Shown: positions 38,838 to 53,436, counted from the first letter of the stretch. The stretch: 64,000 nucleotides of DNA from Bigelowiella natans CCMP2755 (GCA_000320545.1 ADNK01002688.1:51346-115345); one strand, 5' to 3'. Notes: generated by a model not told the origin, from the sequence alone. Numbers and translations: made by a program.

Positions 38838-40043
38838 CGTAGTTCTACTTGTCCTCTTTTCCCTTGGAAGGTACTACTAGTAGTAGTCCTACTTCAAGCA
38901 GATGACTTTGTTTCTATGACTATTTCATTGACCACCCTGCTGCTGGCATCTTAAGATGAGTTCCTTCCTTGTCTGCTGCTACTATGTGTTCGTCGTCTTA
39001 TCGTCTACATTTTTTGTTGCGAAACCGATCATGAACAACATCGATTTGTCCTATTTTGTACAAATACTTGGTCCTAACGTATGTTGTCATTATTGTCGTC
39101 ATTATCACCACGTTTTGTTTTTGTTTTCCCCTGGTGATTGTTTTTATTATCATTGTTATTATTTATACTTTATTATGATTAGGGATTATCTACGGATACA
39201 GGTGTTCAAATGAACGTTGTTAATGTTCCCCTCTCCAAAGTAAGATTACATTTAGATATTAACATCTCTAACCCTAAATCCTTTCTCCTTCCTCATTCCT
39301 CCTCCTTCTAGGAGTCTACTAGCCAAGAATTCAGAGATGCCTGGGAACATAAGGTTCTTTCTACTAGAGAGAATAATAGTGATGATGATTTAAGATTCTT
39401 TCCAATAGAGAGAATAATAGTGATGATGATGCACCCTGATTAATATAAGGGGTTAGTTTGAATATTACTGTGGTATGCTACTTTCAAAAATTATTGGGAT
39501 TTTGGTGTATATCATCTTTTCATGCCATTGATATATAAGAACCTGCACTTGTTCCTAGCTATTGTCGGCTAGTGTTATCAAAGGACTAACGGTGCATTTC
39601 TTGTAAAAATCTTTGATTCATTTGTTATTTTTCAATTCTTTCCTTCCTTGCTAATATGTGACGATGATTCTCACACTTGAATTGTAGATACTGCCTTCTG
39701 TAAGAAAATATCAACCGGATATGATATTTGTCAGTGCAGGCTTCGATGCACATGAGTAATAAACATTTACAACTTACACATATCGACTTTCATACTACTC
39801 CTAGAGATAAAGGAGAAGCTAATCCTCTTCACCTCTTCCTAATTTTTTCTCTTTTTTCTTCTTCTTCATCGTCATTTTGTCTCATTATGTTGTTGCTTAA
39901 ATGCGTTTGCGGAATACACATTCATTCTATGTTTATCGTGACATTCTTAGAGACGATCCTTTAGCATCTTTAAATCTTGTCGAGGTATTTATTTGTTAAA
40001 GTATTAGTAAGAAAACTAGCAGGGAGTTAGGGACTTAGTAGTA

Positions 40044-40075
<32 letters not shown>

Positions 40076-40224
40076 GTTGCTGCTGCTGCAGTTGTTGTTG
40101 CCTGGGTAAAAAAGATGCACCGACTTGGGATATCATCAATCCTATTTTTACCAAAACAGAGTTTAGATTTAATATATCCTTTTGTTTCACAAGTAATATA
40201 GCATGAGGAGTGGCATTCTTATGG

Positions 40225-40256
<32 letters not shown>

Positions 40257-41010
40257 TTACTACTATCATGGTACTTCCATGATTACAGGATGATTTTCAT
40301 TTTTTGACGGACAAGATAGCACGTCTGGTAGTATTATTGTTATTATTAGTAGTAGAAGAAGTAGAATATTGGCTATGTTATATTATAACATCGATAACAA
40401 TAACGATCTCCTGATAGTGGGAATATCCATGAGTGTTTAATTGTAATAAGTACAACCTAGTATACTACAAAATGAGAAACTACACTTTATATGGTGGGAG
40501 GGAGGGAGATTTTCCTGCTCATTTAGACGCTATTATTACCCAAGAAGGCGAGCCACCTATGTGCTCTTGTTGCCATTTTGCTTAATTATGATGCTGACCT
40601 CAAATCACTTCCTAATTTTTTTGTGATAAGGCGAATGAAGTGTCAAATGGACGACTAGTGACTGTACTAGAAGGGGTTTGTTTTCATCTTGAGTAGTAGT
40701 AATAGTAGTAATAGTAGTAGTAGTAGTAGCAGCAGCATTAGTAGTGGTAGTAATAATATATATGAGGTTGTTATTATTGCCCAGTAGAATAGTTACTACT
40801 TGAGTATTGATATGTTGTCGGAGTAATAATTAACTACTACAGAATATTCATACACTGGTGCGGTATGTACCAATATAAATATATCTGGTTGGTAAACCCA
40901 CACAATATTTGGCTTATCTTGTTACGTGTTGCTGTAGGGTTATGATCCTGATGCTCTTGGTAGGTGTGTTACAGCTCATATTGAGGTATGTAAGAGGGTT
41001 TATTACCCCT

Positions 41011-41047
<37 letters not shown>

Positions 41048-41089
41048 CACACATTTGATTACGTTCTCGCTCACTCGTTTGATATTATA

Positions 41090-41130
<41 letters not shown>

Positions 41131-41365
41131 TATATTATATTTACACGTATAGGGTTACAATCATATCATTTGATTATCGGTGTGGTTTTTGAAGAACAAT
41201 CACAATCATAATCAGAAGTATGATGATGACAATAAAAATGATAATGATAGTAATAATAACAAAAAGGCACTCGCCGAGGCCCCATTACCATCTGAGGCCC
41301 AACTAAAAGGAGAAACACGATCAACAGATGACAGGTTAATAAAAGCTTCCAATGTAGTGATATGA
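35614..41365 (+). CDS. Zn-dependent (class II-like) histone/lysine deacetylase with signal + transit-like leader, spliced
   Basis: Motifs: HPESPERL, VRPPGHHAEPNTAMGFC, FNNIM, DFDVHHG|NGGQ, FASTHQTPLFP, NVVNVPL, YQPDMIFVSAGFDAHE|DDPL, LVTVLEG|GYD and AHIE|ALAEAP. The catalytic His pair, Zn ligands and Tyr are retained. Confidence 0.92.
36409..36524. repeat. Intronic 58-bp tandem duplication ending at a splice acceptor
   Basis: cctacataactaagggaatactaattgct...ccgctattgtaaaatga occurs twice. Confidence 0.85.
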
Positions 41366-41749
41366 TAATTATTTGTTGTCTTAAGTACCTTCATCAATCG
41401 ATGTTAAAATTCTGTCGTGAAAATGTAAGTGTGTTTGACTATTGCTTCTAACTAGATCGTTAAAAGTATCTATGTTGTTTTCAAGAGAAGAGATCGAAGC
41501 GATGGATAAAAGGTTGAATGATTAAATTATTTTCGTATTGGAGAGGGTGTCCAGCACATTAGTTGTCGTCGTCGTATGAACAGCAAATTTAGATGTAGAT
41601 GATGCATTGGTTGACGACATGACGTATTTTCAGTACCATCAGAGCCGAATTGGCCAAGTTAGGCCTTCCGACAAGTGGAAGATTAGATTCTCTAAAGGAC
41701 AGATTAGGAGCAGTGGTTTCTGAGAGATATTTATAGTACGTTTGGCATG

Positions 41750-42400
41750 TTAATTTGCACACGGCAATACCGATTGTGCACCCACCATTCCCTAGCTCTA
41801 AAGCCAGCCATGCTAGCATGCGCCTGTCCAACAGCTGCGACTGCCATTCATACGAGACTACATTCATTCTTTGCGCGTCATCATAAAAAGATCGACCTTG
41901 TGTGCATCGACTGCAATGCAGATCTTCAGCAAATGCTACGACATATTGACATGATCGAAGTCAGCTTTACTAGATTGTGGTGTCGCGTGGCATATGGATG
42001 ACAGCTGCCAGCTCTAGTGCTGAACACAAAGCACATCTAGCAGATCGATGTGGCTCACCTAATCATCATCTGCTTGAGATCTAGTCATGCAGGCATACTA
42101 GCGTGCATGCTAACATGTTGCGAACATCATTGCATTGTTGCAGTGAGCATCACAGCTATAGACAGTCGCTAGCATTTTGCGCATGACAATAGACTAGTAG
42201 ACACGACTATCACAATAGTACATACGTAAACACATATTTGTGTGCTACTGTAGATGCATGCGAGCCGTGGTAGCACTGATGCATGCAGTTTGCATGTGCA
42301 GTAGCATCGCAGTGCTTGAACACGTCAACTTAAACAGCATTTGAACTATCTACATGGTCGCACTGCCGTGCATGCAAGTATGACTTCATTGAGAGAAATT
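41750..42400. other. CTAG/TGCA/CATG-rich, partly TpA-depleted island between convergent genes
   Basis: Same word bias as the other islands (gcatgc, ctag, tgca), lying between the HDAC and SDR stops. Confidence 0.65.
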
Positions 42401-42423
42401 GGGAAAATTGCAAATAAAAGCAA

Positions 42424-44107
42424 TCACAACCATTTGAGTACTCGTCTTTTTGAAATGAGTTTCCCATGTCCATCTTTAAACCTATTTTGCACCAACCAGA
42501 GCACATCTACTGCCGCTTGATCCGGAGTAGCTGCTTTTGAAACATCTTTAAACCAGGCCCTACACCGTTATCAAAACACAATGATTACAAATAAATCATA
42601 CCAACTCGCATAGAGTAAAATGTATGATTATAATTTCTGTGGCAGCACTAGCTGTTAGCATGAGCTGGTCACGCATTCTCTTGGTATCAGCACTACAAGC
42701 ATTCTTGTTATGATATCGTTATTCATAAATGGATACCTAGAGAGTTCTGTATCAATAAGGCCAGGGCATACTGCGTGAACAAGGACTTGATTTTTAATTA
42801 GTCTTATGTCCTGTGCTAATATCTTTGCTATAGCAACCTGTCCTACTTTTGATGGGACATTGATCCTGTGATTCCATAAAAGTAGTTATAATAATTTGGA
42901 CATGGAAGAAGAAGAAAGGAAGAAGAAGAAGAAGAAAATAAACGAGTTTCATTTAGTGATGATAAGTTATATACGAGGCATACTAGCATAAACCATATCA
43001 TCAGTTTCATAAAATATCTCATAAATACTATTCGTCAATTTTTTTCAAGAATAATCACTATCACAACACTATAATGACCACTCTGGCCAGCCTTTTTTAT
43101 CGTCGACCCTCGCCTAAAAAAAAAGGTGCAAATCTCGCCTTATTTATTAATTTCTTATGACTAAAATTGGGGGCGACTCACAATGTTTATATGACAGAAA
43201 TTTGAAATAGTGCGATAAACCTTGACATCCTCTATGTAATCAATCATCACTTTATCAATATCCTCAATTGTTTGTTTCTTGAAATCAAAGTAATGATGCT
43301 TTGACTTATCTAATCTGCTAAGAGCACCAAAGCTACTTGCAATGATGATAAAATGCGATCCAAAGCCCATTATGGGGGTAAAATACTTCGTCATCCGAGA
43401 TGTGCCTAGATTATTCGTGTTGACGAATGTAGTAACTTGTTCATGCTTTGGCATTCTTATATTCAACCGTGCTGCTGCATTGTGGATGACGATATCCAAT
43501 GACCCCTTAGCTTTAAATATGGCTTCTGCACATAATTTCACACTACGATCGTCCGAAACGTCACATAGTATTGGTTCAGCTATAAGCCCTACAGACATCA
43601 ACTCAGAGACCGCCTTCCGACCTGGAATGAGTTAATCATATCATAACGAATTATACTCTATTTTTTTATTTATCAATTAGGTGTAGTACAAAGTTTAAAA
43701 GATGATAAAATATCACTTGTACTTCATTTCATCATTTGCTAGTGATAGCAATCAACCTCTTTCAAAGTTTCTGACACCCATGTAGATTGTGCTTCCCAAA
43801 GGAAGAGATCTGCAGAGGCCTTTGACTAGAGCATACCCTAATCCTTGATTTCCTCCTGTTACGAGTGCAACCTTGCTTTCATGAACAATGTCTTTACTTT
43901 CGTCCTCGGACAATTCATCATCATCATCATCATCATCATCATCGTCGTCATCCACGTTTGTCTTTGAAACAGCAGAAGGGATTCGTCTAAGTTGCATAGC
44001 ATACCAAGCAACCACAGAGCGTCACCCAGCAACACCTTCCAGTATATAAGATTGTGAGCAACAAACCTGAAGCCCCCTGTACAGCATTTGGTTGGGCTGG
44101 TTCCCAT
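42424..44107 (-). CDS. Carbonyl reductase-like short-chain dehydrogenase (atypical), spliced
   Basis: MGTSPTKCC...|poly-D, then VALVTGGNQGLG (TGxxxGxG), CDVSD, HNAA, VNTNNLG, IASSFG, GWPEW|INVPSKVG and AVCPGLIDT. The last exon ends RVLKWL* at 42424. Confidence 0.88.
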
Positions 44108-44808
44108 GAAATATTTGAGATGATTTTTGCAGAGGGTGTCCTTTTTTGTCCTTCCTTCCTTCCTTATGTGTGCATGGGAAAGTAGTACGGAAAGTAGACC
44201 AAGGCTTATATCTAGTCGTAACTATGACAATGTCCTGCTATTTGCGAGTACGACGACTACGAACAATGTAAGAATAAGGATGCTCCTGACAACTGTAGTC
44301 GCATGTTCGAGCATGTACTTGAACCAGATGCAAAACACCACGTTTGGATGCAATGATCTCCCTTTTTCATCTGCGACATATGATCACATCCTTCCTTTGA
44401 GATCGCAGCCGAGAATCCTGAATCCGCCTTTTTTTTAGATTGATTTACGTTACATTGTCCACAAATAGAATAGAAAAAGCGTAGATCGGAGAAAAATCGC
44501 GTGTGCGCTAATGAATACAGGCAGCAAACTTTAAGCGACAACTAACTCCGCTTGGATCAACGTGTAAGTGCAAGTAGATCTAGATCTAGAACATCTGAAT
44601 ACTTCCTCCCCCAACCAAGCCAAGCCGCGGGTTAGACATCTAGTATATCATCATCATTGTAATCATCGTCTACACCCATCCAACACCGTTAACCGACTCC
44701 TCATAATTCATCACTTCAGTTCGAAGGTAGCGGCACCGCTCTAGGTCAGTGTTGATATCGGTGGGAGGCTTATTTCAACTGAAATTATTAAAGACAGCGT
44801 AGAACAAC

Positions 44809-46408
44809 ATGCTTGGGAGATGTCGGTTGTTCTCTCAAGCACCATCGTGGCATGAAATGGCAATGGGAAAGGCATTACTATTATTGGTTATGTGTTCCTG
44901 CGTTCCAACAAGAGGTGTTACTTCGTATGAAGACGTGCAGGTGGCCAAATACTTTTTCTTCCATGCTGTAAAGTAGTCAATTCTGCACACGAATTATTCA
45001 AATATGGCAATACATAATACTTCACAGGCTGGAGCAACGAAGATAAGCTCAGTAATTGAAGCGGTTCTTCAGGATCAGATGAAAGCCGAAGTACTTCAAA
45101 ACGAGTTTAATCAACTTCCTCGTTCACTTCAACCTCAAAGCGCAGAAGAAATCACTGCAAGAGGGTCCTATCCATCGCTATAATTTCAAAATCAATATCA
45201 TTATCTCTTCCTCCTCCTCCCTGTATATTATTATAGCCGATATTCCACATTTCAGGGCCGCTGCCATTGGACGTATATTTCGTGAGTATGAACAGTCTTT
45301 GCAGGCTCAAGCTAAGGTGACACTTTGTATTTACACACGCACACACACGCGCGCGCGCATACGCTTTTACACATTTACACTTATTATTCTTATGGATGAG
45401 TGCGTGTGTGTATTTGCGAAAAGAAGGGGGGGGGGGGGGGGGAGAGGGAGTCAGGAGGGAATGATGAGGCACAAAATAAATGACACAGCTCTTTCATTCA
45501 GGCTGTAACAGATGCATATTATTCAACTATGCTGACAAGGAGTAGCAGCACTCTTCTCTCGACAAGCTCAGATTTTTATGATATAGAAGAGAGTGCATCC
45601 CTGCCAGGAGGTTATCACAAATACAAATACATATACACCAACTATGATGCTCTTAAACTTGTTACGAAATCGTAATGATGAGTTGTTCCAACGACTAACA
45701 TTACCATACAAATAAGGCCTGAATTTTTCTTCAAATCTTGGAGTGAACTGCTCAACGACGTACAGCGGGTAATAATATCGCTATTATATCAACGTCAGAC
45801 TAGCCTCAAAGCAAATGCAGGACAAAACTTTGTGTTTTTGTTGATTTAGCAAATCAAATAATCTGGAAGGAGTTTTCATTTAGATAATTAGCTGACTGTG
45901 TTACAATATCTTGATATCATATCATTGTCGTTATGATGTTAAATAGATATAAGAAGGCGTCGGTGGTCACTAATTCGGATTCAGAATTAGGTGTTTATGA
46001 TGATATATTTGATGGTAACTAGTAGTTGTGTTTTGTTAAGCACATCTACTTACCTAATCAGTAGCAATTGTGAACGTTAATAAACCTATTATTGCTTTAT
46101 CGTGCGGTTTTGTGTGGATACTAGTAATTGTATGCACCATCGAATAAGTTTATTGTTTTTGTGTGTTCTTTCTTCCTACTATTAATCACTGTAGGGTGGG
46201 AGGCAGCATATTCATCACCTCTCAGAAATCTGTGGATAGACCAATTTAGGTTGATATTTGGATATACAACAAAAATAACATGAACAACAAACACAACAAC
46301 AAGAAGAAGAGCCATATTTCCTGAACAGTGATTAGCTGACACACGTAAGACATGCATTTATTTTATCATTCTCTCCCTTTATCTCTCTTTATCTCTCTTT
46401 CTCATTAT

Positions 46409-46443
<35 letters not shown>

Positions 46444-47205
46444 TGATATGGTTTATCGTGTGATGGTATTATTGTTAGTTCTTCACTTAATGATGTTGTC
46501 TCATTCCAATACTTTGGAACTCCTTCTGGTATTATTATCATTCCATTCCATACAAATGTATGACTGCATATTTTGGTATACATAATATCTTGTGCTGTGT
46601 ACTTAAGTATTTTGAGAAGTGCATGTGTGTATGTGTGTGTGTGTGTGTAAGATAAGGAGAGAGAGAGAAAGAGTGTGTTTGGTATTGGTTTTTGGGTCCT
46701 TATTGTGATGATGACGTTTGTTGTTGTTTTTGTTTTTATTCTTTGAACCATGTCGTCGGTTTTAGTTTATTGCAAGTGATGATATGTGTTTTGATTTTTC
46801 CTTCTCCTCCTCCTCCTCCTCCTCTTGCAGGGGTATTATTCGTTTATCCGTATCAAGAATGGAGAGAACCGTATGATCCTAGAGGATCCCCTTGGTGAGA
46901 AGCGATCAAAAAGTTTAAAAATTATGTTATTACGACAATGAGAAATAGTGGTGTTCGCATATCAATAATGATAATAGATAAATAAATACTATAAGGTACA
47001 CAACAGCACTTGTTGGGCCGAAGAACTCTATTATATTAATTGATATATCACGTCAAGATAAACTTGCCATCAACAAAGAGGTATGAATGTATTAGTATGT
47101 ATGTGTGATGGTCAAGCTATACAAAATACCCTCAGGAACATCGTCATCATCATCATCATTATCATTATTATCATCATCATCATCATCGCTAAGATTAGCT
47201 ACTAA

Positions 47206-47247
<42 letters not shown>

Positions 47248-48196
47248 TTTCTACAGATAGCAAAGGCGATATTGAACACATTGAGTGTCCACGATTACGT
47301 TTCAGTATTTGCATACGGTTCCACGGTATTATTTATTTATTTGTTTATCATGCTACCACGCTTTTATTTATTTATTTATCATGTATTGCTTATTTATTTA
47401 TTTGGTTATCATGGTTCTCTCTCCAGCGGACCATTCAAAATACTGCAATCTTATCTTTCACACCCTCCTCGCCTCCTCACTCATATTGTTTGCTTCAAGT
47501 CACTCACTTTTCGTCGTCAATTCATCATCTGTTTTTTGGTAACATTGTGATCTTCTCCTTCTCCTCTCTTATAGCAGCTGCAGCTGCTTTTAGCAAAACA
47601 CATCATCATCATCTACTACTACTATTAGTAATAATATCAATGATAATAATAATGATTAGGTGACGAAGCTAGGGCCTTCAAGTTGCATTGGGACTAATTT
47701 ATTATCTCGTGCATCTCAAGCCTACATCTCAACCACTATTGCCCAGATTGAAGTTTTACAACATTCGGAAGGCCTTAATGTATGGTGACCTTTCGTCGTG
47801 TTATGATAAATACTACTACTACATTATTTTCTTTTTAGGAACGACGATTTTACAAATGATACTTTTTTGGTATTTTCAGGTGAAAGAAGCATACACTGCT
47901 GCCTATGAGGATGGGTACTCTACAAACTGCGGCACCAACATTATCATCAATATTCAAGGAAGTAAAGATTCTGCTAATAGTGCTTTAAAGAGAAGGTTCT
48001 CTGCAATACAAAAACTAATATTCGAGCAGCAATAGTATTAATAGTAGTAGTAGCGGTTGTAGTTGGAAAAGGAAAAGGCGGAGAAACACCATCTTAAACA
48101 GAAGTTGAGTGACTAACATTATCAGAACCAATTTAATAATTGTAGCGTATGATGGTGTGTTCAAGTAATACTCATCTTTACCTTACCGTTGTAGTA

Positions 48197-48230
<34 letters not shown>

Positions 48231-48930
48231 TGTGATATGATTATTGACACCTGCTGCATTATCGATGAATCTTGTTTGGTTATTAGTGGTTGGAGAGCAT
48301 TTACCTTTGCCACTGCAGCTGGGGCTGGATCAGAGGATGTGAAGTTTATCTGTGATAGTGATGGATGGTATGAGGAACTTGATAGAGGCTCCACTGAAGA
48401 AATTGTTTACCAAGCAATCTCATTTTACAACTACATCTTTACCCAAAACCAACCATCATCTGTGGCAAATTCCGATGAGGCAGTCTCGTACACATATGGC
48501 AAGGTGGTGGTTAATCCTCTTCTCAACTTAGTAGTAGTAGTAGCCCCTAATTAGTAATTCCACACACTCAGTACGTATCCCAATAATAATAATAACAATA
48601 ACAATTACAATTACAATTACAATTACAGGGAAGTTAGGTTGTTAGATTAGTTTGTACTGTTACTTTTGTCGTTTTTTGTGTGGAGAATGGGAATGAATTT
48701 GATCATATTAAAAGTCAACGGACAACGATATGCTGTTAGTCAATCTTGCTGTACTTCTTAATTATTGATGGAGAAATATCTGATATAATGATGATGATGA
48801 TGATGATGATTCTTATTGTTATTATTATGATGGTTGGCAAATAAACCCTCCTCTACTCTAAATTAGGGTATTCGCTCAATGTATCACAACGTCGATTCTT
48901 TAGGGTGGATCATCCATCACTAATTATTTT

Positions 48931-48966
<36 letters not shown>

Positions 48967-49317
48967 TATTTATATTTATATATGCACATATATTCTTTAT
49001 TTACCTTAGCCATCTTATTTTATGACCATCAGTCATCATTTTGTATGTACGTACGTACGTACGCTGATAATAATAATAAATGCTTTTTGCAAATTCTGGT
49101 CGTCTGTAACAATATTCAGATATTTGCTGACAATGTCAAAGGCAGTGTGGACATCGGATAACACCTTGTTAGGTTCTTATTACATATAACAAGTTAAATC
49201 ATGTCGCTCTTTCTTCTTGATTATAAGATGATATACAAATAGGTGTCTTGGGAGTTGATATTCGTATGGCAAATATAAAGGATGTTTTGGATAACATGCA
49301 AACGGTACTTACATAAC

Positions 49318-49349
<32 letters not shown>

Positions 49350-49585
49350 CAGTAGTAACATTTGTTCCCGCATGAATTACAATCTATTAACGCCTATAGA
49401 GAGAGGAGGAGGAGGAGGAGGAATCAGCAACACTATACTGATTTCATTTGTTTTTTCGAGTTCTTAAGACGATGATGATGGCTTAATAATAACGAAATTC
49501 TTGTCGTACATTCATTCTGTAGTCATTATCTCTCTCTCTCTCTTTCTCCCTCTCTCTCACACACACGCACACACACACACACACG

Positions 49586-49658
<73 letters not shown>

Positions 49659-50089
49659 CATACGCATTGGCAAGTGAATGCATACTTAAACAAGCACAAC
49701 TCAGTATTTTGCTGATACTCATCGATATTTTCACTAACAGCCGACACCATAACCATGATGATCCTCCCACTAGCATGATCTTACTTATTCCTACTACATA
49801 ACAGGGTGTGTCATTCCCTATTCTATTTTCCAACAACGGAGAGACGTTGTATCACCCTGAGCAAAGCGAGTACAAGAAAACCTTTCTTGTTGGAACAGGT
49901 AGTGGTGCCCATCATTGATCGATCATATCGCCATCATCACTATCTCTAAGTTGCTGTATAACAACTCTTATTATTGTACTCATAATTGATCATATTTCTA
50001 CTGACAATTTTGCTTTATCGTTTACTAAGGCCGTGAGATATCTGACTATGAGAGCTTTGATGTGAATAGTAATTTCATGACCAAGGTGG

Positions 50090-50120
<31 letters not shown>

Positions 50121-50222
50121 GTCAAAAGCCATCTAGTTTGTACATATCGGATATATCATCATCAGCATCATCATTATCATTATCATTATGATGTGATAAT
50201 GATGATGACACACAGGCATGAT

Positions 50223-50261
<39 letters not shown>

Positions 50262-50416
50262 ATATTTTGGTCCTTCTCATCCTCCTCCTCCTCCTTGTCG
50301 TCCTTCTCTTTCATAGGTTAGAAAGCCAATGCTTCAACTCAATTCAGGTGTGGATTGTGTGGATTATTGTATTATTGTGTGGATTATTTATCACTTCATA
50401 TTTTACACTATAAGTT

Positions 50417-50451
<35 letters not shown>

Positions 50452-51603
50452 CAAGGGTGTCTATGTTTCTATTTTACTTCAAGGGAACATTGGATTATTG
50501 GTGAATAGACCTCTTCCAAAAGGAGATGCTACACAGGAAGGTGTTGCTCTTTCATTTATCAATGTTATGACTATTGTTAGTACGTGTCTTCTACTATCCG
50601 TCGATGATAGATGACCAATCGTCATAACCCTAAATGAATCAAACATATACACACGACTACTGTAAAATACTACATCGATGATCCTTATAAATGAATACAT
50701 AAACATATAGTTCCTTAGTCATTTATTCTTGTCTTCTTATTGTAGATTTATACACGATGTTGGCAGTAGTAATTTATCACTCACTCTTCTCCTCCTCCGT
50801 GTTATTATTTGATTACTGTTACTAGGATTAGACACGATACCGACTTTCACATATTACGTATGGATTCGGTAATGTTTGTGTGTGAGTGTGTGTGATATGT
50901 GTTAATTGATAATGTTCTTGTGGTTTTAAAGGCTTGCGGGAACTCCTTATAAATTATGTATGACGATTGGAGAAAAGGATTTGCAGCTAAATTCTCAGTA
51001 TCCTCCTTTCGAGGTAGGTAGTAGGGTTAGTCAGTCAGTGAGTAATTTTTACTTAATATACCAGTCAGTCAGTGAGTAATGATTACTTAATATACCAGTC
51101 AGTCAGTGAGTAATGATTACTTAATATACCAGTCAGTCAGTGAGTAATTTTTACTTAATATACCAGTCAGCCAGTGAGTAATTATTACTTAATATACCAG
51201 TCAGTCAGTGAGTAATGATTACTTAATATACCAGTCAGTCAGTGAGTAATGATTACTTAATATACCAGTCTGCCAGTGAGTAATGATTACTTAATATACC
51301 AGTCAGCCAGTGAGTAATTATTACTTAATATACCAGTCAGCCAGTGAGTAATTATTACTTAAAATATACCAGTCAGCCAGTGAGTAATTATCACTTAATA
51401 TACTAATACCACCATAATTACTATCATTATTATTGTGTTGTTCCTGCTGTGTTTTGCTGAGTTTGATTTTGCTGTCTGACATTATTGATGATACCTACAC
51501 ACCAATTGACTTAGACACGGGATGTATACCTAGTAACCGATCATATTCTTCAAAATGCTGCAGATATTAACCAACAAGATTTCGCAAATCACGTACTACT
51601 AAG

Positions 51604-51636
<33 letters not shown>

Positions 51637-51825
51637 GCTTCTATTACAATTGATCAAAGCAACAACAGCTCACCGCTGCTACATTAGATCGGCTACCACT
51701 ACCCCCATCACCACCACCACCACACTACTACTACTACTACTACTACTACTATAATAACATCCATTGCATTACATAGGGGGTAAATTTTACCGTGATTAAT
51801 GAAGGAAATTGTGCTGAGAACGGTA

Positions 51826-51861
<36 letters not shown>

Positions 51862-52114
51862 CTGTATGAAGTAGCAGTAATTCAAAAAACGCAAACAAAT
51901 CTAAGGCTAACCTAAGTCTTAAAAAAAAACAATGGAAATATAGAATGATGAATTGCCTATAAATATTCGTTGTTGATTGATTGATGGATTGATTGATTGA
52001 TTGTTACACGTAAAAGAAGAAGAAGAAGAAGAAGAAAGAAATGAAGTTATTATTGCCTCCATTGTTTGTTGTTTCTTTCTAATTATCGATTTGTATCACT
52101 ACTACTCACTACTA

Positions 52115-52151
<37 letters not shown>

Positions 52152-52738
52152 ATGCCCAACAAACAACACACTAATTCTTACCACCCCACCACTACCACCA
52201 CCATATAATACTCAGGAACGAATTTCATAAGAGCTAATTGTACAAGTCACCCACTTCGATACACTGGTTGTTGTTGTTGTTGTTGCTGCTGCTGCTGTTG
52301 TTTTTGTTTCATTGTTGCTGTTGTTGTCGAGTTTGCTTATTTTCATTGCTCTGAAAGATGATCTTCCTGTGTATCTCACTCTCTCCCTACCATCTATCTT
52401 CGGCCTTTTGAATCCATCCCAACAATGTTTCTACCTACTTCTTTTTTCCATATCTTTTATTGTGTAAAATTAAGATTTAAATGGTGTCTCGTATTATCTA
52501 TCTGAGAGTTGTTTGGTGTTTGGTATGATGTTGTTTATACTACTGCTGTTAACTTAGTCGATGCTGTGAGCCTAACCTCATCGGTATTACTAGTAGTAGT
52601 AGTAGTAGTAGTAGTTGATAGTGATAAAATTAATATATTTGAGAGGTGTGTATGCATGTCGAGAAGGAAAGGGAAGAACAACAAAGTTATTGTAATTGTA
52701 GCAGTAGGAAGAAGCTGCTTATCAATAGAAGAATGTGA

Positions 52739-52774
<36 letters not shown>

Positions 52775-53275
52775 GTGATGGTGACAAGAATCTGATGGAG
52801 ATCTATTAAATGTGATCAACAAACAACAGAGTGTACATTTGGCACCAAAATGTTTCCTCTCTGCGACAGAAGCTCATAGGTACTAAATACTTGGATAGTA
52901 TAAGTAGTAGTAGTAGTAGTAGTTGTTGTTGTTGTTGTGGTAGTACCAACAGATACTGCCCCAGAAGTATAATTGATATTGGTTGTGAATACTAGCTGTT
53001 GGTGATGATGATGAGAAATAATTAATTTTTCAATCAATTTGTTATTTTCATAAGATTAATTATTATAGAATAGTAAGAAAAGGGTATACATCAAATCATC
53101 ATCATGTTGCTCTCATGATTTTCCTCCTCCTCCTCCTCCTCCTCCTCCTCCTCCTCCCACTCAAAGTTACACATGGAGCAACGACGACGTATACGGACTT
53201 CGTAAATTCATTAATCAAGAGAGAAATGCATCAAATGGCCCATATCCATCACTCGGTATGATCACTACGACGACG

Positions 53276-53306
<31 letters not shown>

Positions 53307-53397
53307 AGTCTAAATGCTGTTTGTTTATTGTTAACAACTTGCTGCAAGTAGTAGTAGAAGTAGTTGTAGAAGAGAAACAAACCACTACGATAAACCT

Positions 53398-53436
<39 letters not shown>

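Noticed and set aside
51029-51404. CRISPR-like array
   Set aside because: Units are contiguous with no unique spacers, it lies in a eukaryotic intron, and there are no cas genes.
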